Source of the DNA: Octopus vulgaris
Lineage: Eukaryota
Length of the DNA: 64,000 nucleotides
Direction: 5' to 3'
Assembly (NCBI GenBank): GCA_951406725.2
Contig: OX597835.1
Coordinates: 23,374,001 to 23,438,000, forward strand
The first letter of the stretch is position 1. Each line of letters opens with the position of its first letter. Position numbers and translations under genes: made by a program. This document shows, one piece after another, positions 52,516-64,000 of this stretch. The notes beneath the pieces are model-generated. The model saw nothing but the letters and a program-made list of their open reading frames with translations, did not search any database and was not told where the DNA came from.

Positions 52516-54056
52516 AGGATTCATCTGATAAGAAAAAAAAGACCAAAGGAAAAGAAAAAATATCAAAGACAAAAAATTAGCAAGGAATTGTTGTCAAAGG
52601 AGTTCTAGAATAATCTATGAATGAGAAAAGTGGTCTGTTTTATTGGAGACTATCTGTTCTCAATCTATTCGATTACTTCCTACACACCCTGGCATTCAAT
52701 CAAAGGATATTTTAACAATGAGATTATACAAACATCCTGTTCAAAGCTGACACAGTTTGAACTTACACAACAGGATTTTAAAGTCTCTCATTACCTTAAG
52801 CCATTCAAGAAAATCCTACCTCCTCCACTTCTTTTCTTTTAATAGGACAGGAGGTGATGGTCTTGAGAATTGTTGGTCGGGGTGTGGGTAGTGCAGGGGG
52901 GGGTGTCAATTAACTGACCTTGTCTTCTTCGGTGCCCACTTCAGTTCCTGCTTTCAAAAGCGCGCGCACACACACACACACACACACACCGAATATATTT
53001 TTATCTCTCCCACACAATCTCTCATTTCCTCTTACAAGCTCACACACACACACATAGGTGTGGTTGTGTGGTAAGAAGCTTGCTTCCCAACTACAAGGTT
53101 CTGGGTTCAGTCTCACTGCATGGCACCTTGGGCAAGTGTCTTCTGTAGCCTCAAGCTGACAAAAGTCTTGTGATTGGATTTGGTAGAAGGAAACTGAAAG
53201 AAGCCCATCATATATATCTATATACATAAACAGCAATTTCTGTCTGTCTATCTGTTACCATTTTGCTGCCTACACCAGTAAACCGATCTTGATGAAACTT
53301 TGCTTACATGTTCAACTAACATCCAGCTGAATTATAGACTAATAGGATTTCGATGAAAATTCATAATGGGTTCCCTATGGGGTGCTGTAGCACATGTTTA
53401 CACATCAATAACACATCTACTGATAGGAATTAAGTAAGGCTTCTGTAAGGCTCAACCAGGCACTGTAAACAGCATGTGACCTTTGAAAGAACAACTCATC
53501 TTTCCAAAAGGTAAACAATTCTGCATGTCACACCCGTATGTCATGCTATGGTCACATTAAAGACGTGATAAACTGCAGGATTCGTGGATAGGACATGGAA
53601 CAATGTAATGACCAGTGACCTGGAAGATGGTTCACCATGTGCTTAATTTGATGAATTAAATACAAATTACTATAACATCTTAATATTTATCATGCAACAC
53701 AAGATACGGCCATGTTATGATAAGCTATGACACACAACAACGCCAGCTATGATACACGGATTTTCCCACTAATCGAATTCATAATTTGTAATACCTATTT
53801 TTAGCAATAAGCTATTACCATAACGATGGGTTGGGCATAAAGACAGGAACTGAACAGAAAACAGGATAGGATGTGGAACATTTTACTCAAATGCCTATTC
53901 ATTTGCTAAGATAATGTGGGAACTTCCCATATTCACCCACCAATCACATTAATAGTTTGTAATAACTATTTTTAGCAATTAAATTATTACCATAAAGGTT
54001 AATAAAATATCTAATGGCTTAATTACACCTGATTCTAAAATTTATATACTGACATA

Positions 54057-54450
54057 GGTGCAGGAGTGGCTGTGTGGTAAGTAGCTTGCTAACCAACCAC
54101 ATGGTTCTGGGTTCAGTCCCACTGCGTGGCATCTTGGGCAAGTGTCTTCTGCTATAGCCTCGGGCCGACCAAAGCCTTGTGAGTGGATTTGGTAGACGGA
54201 AACTGAAAGAAGCCTGTCGTATATATGTATATATATATATATGTATGTGTGTGTATATGTCTGTGTGTCTGTGTTTGTCCCTCTTGACAACCGATGCTGG
54301 TGTGTTTACGTCCCCATCACTTAGCGGTTCAGCAAAAGAGACTGATAGAATAAGTACTGGGCTTACAAAGAATAAGTCCCGGGTTCGATTTGCTTGACTA
54401 AAGGCGGTGCTCCAGCATGGCCGCAGTCAAATGACTGAAACAAGTAATAA
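54057..54450 (+). mobile_element. tRNA-derived CORE-like SINE (family A), representative full copy. Others near 2592-2975(-), 3170-3520(-), 13960-14332, 18935-19335(-), 39985-40350, 42390-42850(-), 45020-45405(-), 50033-50440, 57437-57835
   Basis: A-box TGTGTGGTAAG, B-box GGTTCAGTCCC, CORE-like CCTTGGGCAAGTG, internal (TA)n(TG)n, tail TGACTGAAACAAGTAA. Confidence 0.85.
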
Positions 54451-54929
54451 AAAAAAATTTTTTAAATAGGATTAGGGATAAAGAATGGGAGTGGAACTAA
54501 AACAGGAACTGAATAGGGATCGGGATAGGACATGAAACAGTGTAATGGAAACAGGAACTGGAAATAATCCCCATCCACCTACTTTTCTGATTATTACCGG
54601 GTAATTCAGCTAGTATATACACATTTATGTGTGAGTGTCTGTCTGTGTTTGTCCCTGACCATTGTTAGACAACCAGTGTTGGTATGTTTACATCCCCCAT
54701 AACTTAGCAGTTCAGTAAATGAGACTGATGGAATAAGGACCAGGCTTAATAAAAAAAATAATAAGTACTGGGGTTGATTCATTTGAACTAAAAATTCTTC
54801 AAGGCTTTGCCCCAGCATGGTCACAGTCAAATGACTGAAACAGGCAAAAGATAAGACATATATATATATATACACACACACACAAAAACACATACATACA
54901 TGTATAGCTCTGTCTCACAAACACACGCA

Positions 54930-54961
<32 letters not shown>

Positions 54962-55410
54962 CTCTCTCTCACATACATTCTCACACACACTCACTCACTC
55001 TCTCTCTCTTACACACACACTCTCACTCACTGTCACACACACACTCACACTTTCTCTCTCTCTCTCTCTTTCTCTCATACATTCTCACTCACACACACTC
55101 ACTCTCTCTCTCTCACACACACTCACTCTCTCACTCACTGTCACACACACACTCACACTTTCTCTCTCTCTCTCTCTTTCTCTCATACATTCTCACTCAC
55201 ACACACTCACTCTCTCTCTCTCACACACACTCACTCTCTCACTCACTGTCACACACACACTCACACTTTCTCTCTCTCTCTCATACATTCTCACACACTC
55301 ACTCTCTCTCACTCTGTCACACACACTCACACTTTCTCTCTCTCTCTCTCTCTCATACATTCTCACACACACTCACTCTCTCTCTCTCTCTCTCACCCTC
55401 TCTCTCTCTC
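54930..55410. repeat. CT/CA compound repeat with a higher-order duplicated unit of about 110 bp
   Basis: CACTGTCACACACACACTCACACTTTCTC recurs at about 55030, 55136, 55244 and 55312. Confidence 0.9.
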
Positions 55411-57390
55411 CGTTCCCTTCAGCTGTACAATATGAATGGCAAGAAAGTTAATGACTTATACAGAGATAGTGGGTGAGAATTAATCAGACCTAGAAAGAGA
55501 GAGTCAGTAGACTATGAAGAAATAGGTATTAAGGGAGTGATCCCTACAGAGAGACAGACAGAGACAGAGAGAGTAAAATACAGAGAAATAACAAATTAAA
55601 TCAACCAAGACAAGATAGCAAACTTCAATATCACAGCATATTTTATCTGTGACTCAAGTTGTTCATTCATGTTTTTACATCCGTTTTTTCCATGCTAGTA
55701 TGGGTTAGATGATACTCCATTTGTTCATTCATGTTTTCTGCATCCATTTTCCCACACTGGTATGGGTTAGATGAAAATTGTTGAAACAGGTTTCCTGTTG
55801 CCAACAGGCAAGTGTTGGCGAAAAAAATCATTCCGCTGGTTCTTACAGGCTGAATGTTGTATCTACAGGATATCTTGTAATGAAGTTGCCATTTCCACTC
55901 CAGATAGAATTAATGATGACACATAGAATAGAGATTCATACACACACACACACACACACATTTACATACATCACAGACTTTTTCTCAGTTTTTTTGTCTA
56001 CCCACTCCACTCACAAGACATTGGAACAACCCATGGCTCTAATAGAAGATTTTGTTCACACAATGAGACTGACTTCTTAAAAATGTAGCTGAAAAACAAA
56101 TTTCATGACCACTATCCAACCCATGGTAGCACGGAAAATGGACGTTAAGCGATGATGATGATGATGTCCATACCTATCAACAGAGCTATATCTATACCTT
56201 TAATAATAATAAAATCATCATCATCATTTAACATCCATATTCCATGCTAGCATGGATAGAATAGAACCACAAAGGCCGCACCAGACTTCTGTATTGGCAA
56301 GATTTATACAGCTGGATACCCTTCCTAACACCAACCACTGAGAAGAGTGGACTTGGTGCTTTTTACATGGCACAAGCACAGGCAAGGTCAGTTTTGTCAT
56401 GGTCTCTTTACAGTTGGATGTCTTTCCTAACACCAACCACTTTGCAGTGTGGACTGAGTACTTTTAAGTAGCACCTGCACTGACAGGGTCACCAAGTACT
56501 TGCAAGACAAAAACTTTTAAGAGGGGAGGAGGTAATGATGAAAAGGTTATAATGAAACAGATATAGGCATCTTGCTGTAGAGGGAGTACAAGGTTACCCG
56601 GCTGGAGAGAGAAAGACCAAGGATGAAGACAGAAACAGGTGTACTACCGCAAAGAAAATACACAGTTGCCCAACCTGAGGGAAGTGCAGGAGAGAGAGAG
56701 AGAGAGAGTGGAAGACCACAGGATGGAGATGGTGGCAAAATGCCAAGCATACTCACAATAATGATATCAAATTTTGGCACAAGGTCAGCAATTTAGGGAG
56801 AGGGGATAAAGTCTTTGATGGAATTTGAACTCAGAATGTAAAGATGGATAAATTATCGCTAAGCATTTTGCCCAGTTTTCTAACGATTCTACCACGTCAC
56901 CAATAATAAAAATAGTGTGTGTGTGTGTGTGTGTGTGCGTGTGTGTGCGCGTGCGTGTGTGTGCGCGTGCGTGTGTGTGCGCGTGCGTGCGTGTGTCAGT
57001 CAGTTGTAGAATTCATTAGAAGTTAGGTATTTCAGCATGTAGGATGCCAGGATAGGCCAGGTGCTGAACTTGCAGAACTCTGGAGTGACTTAGAGTTGTT
57101 GTTTGTTGGTTGTATGCTGTAAGTATGCACATATACACTCACACATCTATCTATATATATTTTCATCATGTTGAACTGTTAACCCCTACATATTGTTTAG
57201 CTCCCTCCATTTTTTTTCTTCTCGTCCCTTTCTGTTGAAGAGCATAAGCTTGAAACATCAAGGAATGTTCCATTCTTCCCAGATATTGAACTAACATGTC
57301 TGCTTGTTGTTCACTCACTTGTCTTCATCTTTTGTTTTCTGTAAATTCAAACTATATATATATATATACATACACACACACACATAGATG

Positions 57391-57436
<46 letters not shown>

Positions 57437-58493
57437 TGCAGGTGTGGCTGTGTGGTAAGAAGCTTGCTTTTCAACCACATGGTTCTGGGTTCAGTCCCAC
57501 TGCATGACACCTCGGGCAAGTGTCTTCTATTATAGCCTTGGTCTGACCAAAGCCTTGTCAGTGGATTTGGTATACAGAAACTGGAAGAACCCCACGGTAT
57601 ATATATATATATATATATATATGTATTTATTTATGTGTCTTTGTGTCTGTGTTTTTCCCCCACTGTCACTTGACAACCAATGTTGGTGTGTTTACGTCCC
57701 CTTAACTTAGTGGCTCAGCGAAAGAGACCAATAGAATAAGTACCAAGCTTACAAAGAATAAGTCCTGGGTTCAATTTGTTCAACTAAAAGGCAGTGCTCC
57801 AGCATGGCCGCAGTTAAATGACAAACAAATAAAAGACTACAAATACACGTAGGTAGCCAGCCCTATATAAACTGTAGATCCAATCCAGGGGTGGCTCTGA
57901 GTGTAGAGTATTTATAAAAGAACACAGACACACACAAATGTGCATTAACATATGTGCATAGTACACGTAATATATATTGTGAAAAGCAAGTTAATATGCT
58001 TTGTTTTTTTTATTATTTATCCAGAGGAAAAGCAGTACGCATGGCCCTTCACAGGGTCTCCAAATCTCGCAGAAAGTAGGGAGAGAGAGGTAAGGGGGGG
58101 GGAAGTATCTTCAAACCAGATGCTAAACCTAAATGTGTGCAACAGAGAGCATTTCACTAAAGTAACCCAAGAACCATTATGATGATGATGATGATGATGA
58201 CGACGACGATGGTGGAGGTTGTGGTGTTGTTGTTGTTAAAGTGACAGATTAAATCAACAGCTTAATGAAATGATTATTAATCAAGTAATAAAATTATAAT
58301 TATTTTGAAATTCTTTCAATACCAAGAAGAAAGCATTAACAATAATAAAAAATGTATCTGACAAGATACAAGGGAGAGAACTTCAGCATTTCAGTTGATT
58401 AAAAAATTGAGGTTACGCAAAGGCAGGTTATTGAGTGTGATGTTTGGTAGCTATGGTGACAGATCCAGACATGCTTAGCCCTTTAGCCTTTAA

Positions 58494-58713
58494 CCCTTTA
58501 GTGTTTAAACCGGCCATACCAGGCCAAAATTGTCTTCCTGTTATATGCTCAAACCAGCCAGCTCTGACCTCTCACACCTACCCTACAAAGTCATTCTAAA
58601 AATAAACAGGGACATCATCAATATCTCAGAGTTAAAAGATGCTGTACAATTAATTTAAAACAATGTGATTAAACATGCTTTACATTTGACAGAGTAATCT
58701 GAATGCTAAAGGG
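58494..58713. mobile_element. TTAA MITE nested in an older copy of the same family (about 58479-58820)
   Basis: TTAA at 58490-58493 and 58714-58717; the host copy resumes after the insert. Confidence 0.75.
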
Positions 58714-58949
58714 TTAAACCAGCCATATCCAGTCCAAATATTCTACCTCGTCTATATGTAAACTGAACAGGTCTGGCCTCTTGCAATGTCATCCTAAAAC
58801 TAAACACTCATTGAAATCTCAATGCAAGACTATGCCCATCTACATGTTTCACAAAGAACGCTTCTACTACATAGCTTTATGTGCTTCAAGATTCAGTTTC
58901 TAAAAAGAAATACATGCATACATATGCACACACACACACACACTGTTGC

Positions 58950-59340
58950 TTGATGGTATGAAATCAATTTCATTTCTCATTCTGTCTTCAAGACTATTCC
59001 GTGTCCATATTCTAGCACTTCTTTTGCCAAAAATGGTATTTTCTATTCTCATTGTTTCATATTATGTAAATTCAATTTGTCTTTTTCTTCTTTCATTTCC
59101 TACCCCATACCCATATTTTCCAGTAACATTTTCACTTTTATAATTCTTAATGCCCACTTTTGTATTAAAATTCCCATTCACTAAAATATGGTTCACTTTT
59201 CTCTTCTTTGAAGGTACCATCAAGCTGCCTGTAAAGTGCTTCACTTTCTTCATCATCATAGCCATTAGTTGGATTTACTTCGATAACATTGATTTTGCAA
59301 TTTTTGTTCAGCTTGTCAATGGTTTTGACTATCTGCTCAT
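58950..59340 (-). mobile_element. RTE LINE AP-endonuclease fragment
   Basis: Y.DEE.EA.Y..L and G.FN.KVG...GKYGYG..NER motifs in ORFs 59165..59377 and 59062..59265. Confidence 0.7.
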
Positions 59341-59899
59341 TTTGCGGGCACATCATATTTTTGTCTCTACATCTCAAAAGTAGAAAGATAATGAGAAAAT
59401 GAACGAGAAAAATTATAAAAGATACTTCACAATGACCATCTGTACTCTCCGTAAATAAGAAAAGGTTTTGTGGTTTGTATAAATATTTTATAAATTTAGT
59501 TAGTCACTCGGAGCTTGGAGCAGCCTTGCAATTCGCCAGATCCTGTCAAACCGTCCAACCCAGATCGAGTATCATCTAACCCATACCAGCATGGAAAAAA
59601 CGGATGTAAAAACATGAATGAACAACTTGAGTCACAGATAAAATACGCTGTGTTATTGAAGTTTGCTATCTCGTCTTGGTTGATTTAATTTGTTATTTCT
59701 CTGTCTCTCTGTCTCTGTAGGGATCACTCCCTTAATACATATTTCTTCATAGTCTACTGACTCTCTTTTTGCCAGCATCGAAAACAAACATTAAATGATG
59801 ATGTGGTTAATAACATTTCCAGCAATATCCATATTTAGCAAAAAATCCCACACCTGCTTCATTTTTATATTCTTTTTTACCTTTCCAGAAAAATTATGT

Positions 59900-60400
59900 G
59901 TCTATCTGAAACATGGATCACAAACAAGAGCACTGAAAATAATTTAAAGCCATGGAAAGGAGGATGCAGAAGATTAGGAAAATCGGAAAGTGGGGAAACG
60001 ATAGGATAAGAGTGGCAACAAGTTTAATGGACATTACATGGAAAATAAAAACTCTGAAATGGTATTTTGCAGGACGTGTTTAGAAGAAAAGATAATATAT
60101 TTCTTTACTACCCACAAGGGGCTAAACACAGAGGGGACAAACAAGGACAGACAAACGGATTAAGTCGATTACATCAACCCCAGTGCGTAACTGGTACTTA
60201 ATTTATCGACCCAGAAAGGATGAAAGGCAAAATAGAAGGAACAGAAAATTGACAGAGTGGACACCATGTTCAGAGAATAGGAGAGGAAGACCATGCAGAA
60301 GTCAGAACGAAGGCTTTGGTAAATTCTTTGGCTGGCACTCAAACATGGATGGAGAAAACATGGTGGTGGTTGGTGGTGGAGAGAACTTACTAAGGCATTC
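59900..60400 (+). mobile_element. RTE LINE C-terminal fragment interrupted by a SINE (about 60098-60230)
   Basis: KW.FAGRV and LTEWTP...RRGRP remnants. Confidence 0.6.
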
Positions 60401-60740
60401 CTCCAGCAGTGGACTGAACATGTGCTATACATACACACACACACTCATTATACATATATATTTCTTTTACGACCCACAAGGGGCTAAACACAGAGGGGAC
60501 AAACAAGGACAGACAGACAGATTAAGTCGATTATATCGACCCCAGTGCGTAACTGGTACTTAATTTATCGACCCCAAAAGGATGAAAGGCAAAGTCGACC
60601 TACGGCGGAATTTGAACTCAGAACGTAACAGCAGATGAAATACCGCTAAGCATTTCGCCCGGTGTGCTAACGTTTCTGCCAGCTTGCCGCTTTATATATA
60701 TATTTACATCAAGTATTCTGTGGCTGCATTGTTCTCTTAC

Positions 60741-60846
60741 CTGTTGTATCCTGTTGAGTGAGACAATATATACAGGTTGTTTGATACATAGTAAAAAAGC
60801 AAAATGAAACATTTTTAAATCACAACTCTACACTCCCTGTGACTGA
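60741..60846 (-). promoter_or_regulatory. Speculative non-coding first exon/TSS of the kinase gene
   Basis: Inr-like TCAGTC (60841-60846), then about 100 nt of unique sequence and a strong CAG|GTAAGA donor at 60740; CT-rich upstream region. Confidence 0.25.
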
Positions 60847-61214
60847 AGATTGTGTGTGTGAGAGAGAGAGAGCCTATATATGAGTGTATAAAAGAGAAAG
60901 AGATGGAAATATGTGTGAGAGAGTTAGTGTGTATGAACCATGTATGTGTGAGAGAAATATAAAACCTGTGTGTGAGGGAAAAGATAGGAAGAGAGGGGGA
61001 AAAGCCAGCATGTATGTGTGAGAGAGAAGGGTTGAAAGTCAGTGTAGGTATGTGAGAGACAGTATATGCACATGTGTGAGCCCATGTGTGTGTGTATGTG
61101 CAAGAGAGAGAGAGAAAGAGCAATACAGAGAGTATGTGCATGTTTGTGTGAAAGACAAAGAAAACTAGTTGTATATATGTGGGAGAAAAGAGAGAGAGAG
61201 AGAGAAAGTATGTG

Positions 61215-61251
<37 letters not shown>

Positions 61252-61644
61252 GTGTGAACCAAGTGAAGGGAGAGAGAAAGGAGGTTAGAATACATGATTG
61301 CCATTTTTTTTTATTTAGCCCAGGTCAGTCCCAACTGAGCAGACCTATAATCAAAGGCATTCCAGCCATGACCATCCCAGGCTTTTTGCAGACATACTGC
61401 ATATGTAATTTTTAAAAAAATTTTTACAAGACTCCTGACTCTGATTCCAAGGGAGCACAGCTGGTATTTCTAGCAACCTTTTAGAGACTCTCTCAGTGTT
61501 TGACTGTTCAGCAAGGTGTTGTGTTACGAGATTTGGCACAACAACCCAACATTTGACACCAAACAGTGATGCAATCCTGGGTCAGTAAGAAATCCCCTTA
61601 GGCAACCCACCAACCCAATTATCACAGCAATAATCTCTTAATTT

Positions 61645-62690
61645 CATGATGGTGGTGGGGTGGACAGTAGAGGTGTGATAGTGAGGAGTGGAGAGTAAGA
61701 GGCTTGATGGTGGGGGACGCGGTGGGAGGGGTGATGAAAGGATGAGGGTGAGGTGGGTGATGTTAGAGGGATGAGGGTGGTGGTAGTGCTGGTATGATAG
61801 CAGGGGGGGGGGGGGCATGATGGTGGGGTGATGGTGAAGAGGGTGGTGGTGGTGGTGTCAATAAGGATGGTAGATGTGACAGTGGTGGTGGGGGTGACAG
61901 AAATGGCAGCAGTGGTTGGGAGTCGGGGGGGGGGGGCAATAGGGAGGGATGATGGCGATGGCAGTGATGGTGGTGACAGTGATGGGGAGGATGAGGGGAA
62001 ATGATGGGAGGGGATGTAGTGAGATAAGTGGGGGGGTGGAGAAGGTGATGGTAGTGATGGTTGTGGTGTCAATGGATGTCAGTGGTGGTGGTGGTGGTGG
62101 TAACAATGTTTAGTAGTGGTAGCCAAAACAATGATAATGGTGGTGGCAACAATCATAGTAGTTGTAGTAATGATGGCAATGGCAGTGGTAGTGGGGGGGT
62201 GAGTACCAATGGGTCCTTATCATAATAATGGTGATAGTAACAATGGTAGTAGTAGTAGTAGTCGTAGTGGTGGTGGTGGTAGTAGTAGTAGTAGTAGTGG
62301 GGTTGGCATTGTGATGGTGGTGGTAATGGTGTGGAGGTGATGGTATTTGTTGTATTAGTGGATAATAGTGATATCATTGTGGTGGTAGTGGTGACAGTAG
62401 TAGTAGTAGTAGTAGTGGTGGTGGTGGTGGTGGTTGTGGAGAAGGTAGTGGTGTAGGAGAGAAGTGTGGTGGTTGTCATGATACTGATGACGGTAACAAT
62501 TGTAGCAATAGTGGTGGAGGTAGTAGTAGTAGTAGCAGCAGTGCTTTTTGTGGTGGTGGTGGTGGTGGTGGTGGTGGTGGTGGTGGTGGTGGTGGTAGAA
62601 GCAGCAGTAGTAGTAGTAGTAGTGGTGATGGTGGTGGCGACAGTGGCAATGGTGATGACCATCAACAGAGAGAGAGAGAGAGAGAGAGTG
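61645..62690. repeat. GGT/AGT/GAT trinucleotide low-complexity tract
   Basis: Direct inspection; source of the poly-Thr/His/Pro ORFs. Confidence 0.9.
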
Positions 62691-63078
62691 AGGCAAGGGT
62701 CGCAGAGGGAGAGTAGGGGTCCACAACAATGTGTTTGTGTGGTTGGGTGGGGGGTGAGCAGCAAGGCCTAATTAGATAAAAGATACTTTACAAGGAGGAG
62801 AGATAACAGGATGCAAGATGACAAACAAGAATAACTTGAGTTATTTGAATGTGTGGAAGGGACATGCCCCCTGGGTATATAAAGTAGACAAAAACCCTCC
62901 TACTCACACTAAGGCTATCTTTTATCTTTCACTTGCTTCAGTCATTGGACTGCGGGCCATGCTGGAGCACCACCTTGAAGCATTTTAATCAGATGAATCA
63001 CCTCTTTTTCTCTTTTTACTTGTTTCAGTCATTTGACTGCGGCCATGCTGGAGCACCGCCTTTAATCGAGCAACTGTA

Positions 63079-63160
<82 letters not shown>

Positions 63161-63240
63161 TGTGTTTATGAATTTGTTTTGCAAGATTCCTGATGTGAAA
63201 TCGGTGTCTAAACAGTCAAGGAGGAAACACGTGGATAGAA

Positions 63241-63285
63241 GAGTTGCTGAAGAGGTCACAGGTGTGTGACGAAAGATTTCCAGAC
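63241..63285 (+). ncRNA. Candidate minimal type I hammerhead ribozyme motif
   Basis: CTGAAGA-G-GTCACA-ggtg-TGTGAC-GAAA-GATT-TC; perfect 6-bp stem II, weak stems I and III. Confidence 0.45.
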
Positions 63286-63502
63286 AATGGGTACAAGTTA
63301 AAATAAGAATAATAATAAACAAGTAAAGAAATAAATATATATTGAGTGTTTATTTGGCAAGAAATAAAAATGACTATCCCAAAATATATCAGGTCATTAA
63401 GAATGAAATGTCTAATTTTGGACTGTAAGTTTATTTTACTTATCCCAACAAAAAGCAATGCAACAAAAAGCAATGGTGTGGAGGTGATGGTATTTGTTGT
63501 AT

Positions 63503-63618
63503 AAGGCGGCGAGCTGGCAGAAACGTTAGCACGCCGGGCGAAATGCGTAGCCGTATTTCGTCTGTCGTTCCTTGTTTGTCCCCTCTGTCTTTAGCCCCTT
63601 GTGGGTAATAAAGAAATA
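63503..63618 (+). mobile_element. Internally deleted family B SINE
   Basis: 14-bp TSD GGTATTTGTTGTAT; head joined directly to tail. Confidence 0.85.
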
Positions 63619-64000
63619 GGTATTTGTTGTATTAGTGGATAATAGTGATATCATTGTGGTGGTAGTGGTGACAGTAGTAGTAGTGGTGGTGGTGGTGGTG
63701 GTGGTGATGGTTGTGGAGAAGGTAGTGGTGTAGGAGAGAAGTGTGAGTAATAATGGTGGTTGTCATGATACTGATGATGCACCAAAATTATCAACATAAT
63801 TTTGCCATTTTATCAGTAGCTTATTTATGTCAGCAGCGAAGAATTCTGGAGAGCAAAGTGATCTGGCAAAATTTCTACAGCTGGTTGGCATTAGGAAGGG
63901 CATCCAGCTGTAGAAACAGCCTTTTATGATTTCATCACCTCTTCATCATCATCATCATTACCATCGTCGTCGTTTAACATTCGCTTTCCAAGCTGGCATG

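Noticed and set aside
50455-52608. Long ORFs of 150-216 aa (poly-E/K, HT/YI repeats)
   Set aside because: Translations of GAA and CA/TA microsatellites with no domain signal
54057-54135. tRNA genes at SINE heads
   Set aside because: A/B boxes are present but there is no complete cloverleaf, and they continue into SINE bodies
61582-62771. Pro/Thr/His-rich ORFs resembling mucin or extensin
   Set aside because: Open in several frames on both strands because of trinucleotide repeats; no convincing splice context

Overview
AT-rich, repeat-dense animal genomic DNA, not prokaryotic. The SINE families and microsatellite load point to an octopus/cephalopod genome (inference). One spliced gene could be rebuilt by hand on the minus strand: an inositol-1,4,5-trisphosphate 3-kinase of the compact Drosophila IP3K1-like type. 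It has 10 coding exons from 37934 down to 7788 (954 nt, 317 aa), all splice phases are consistent, and it carries the motifs WIQLAGH, PxxxDxKxG, GFRIE, SSLL and IDF. The first coding exon is less certain than the other nine. One intron (19898-21456) is a minor-spliceosome U12-type intron. The rest of the window is tRNA-derived SINEs, CR1 and RTE LINE fragments, a decayed Tc1 element, TTAA/hAT/mariner MITEs, a Helitron, a CpG-rich solo LTR, palindromic Penelope-like elements with hammerhead-like cores, an initiator-tRNA-like gene with a CGT anticodon, and simple repeats. Most ORFs in the supplied track are microsatellite or TE artefacts. Repeat boundaries without a stated TSD or TIR are approximate. 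Family names come from motif recognition, not database searches.
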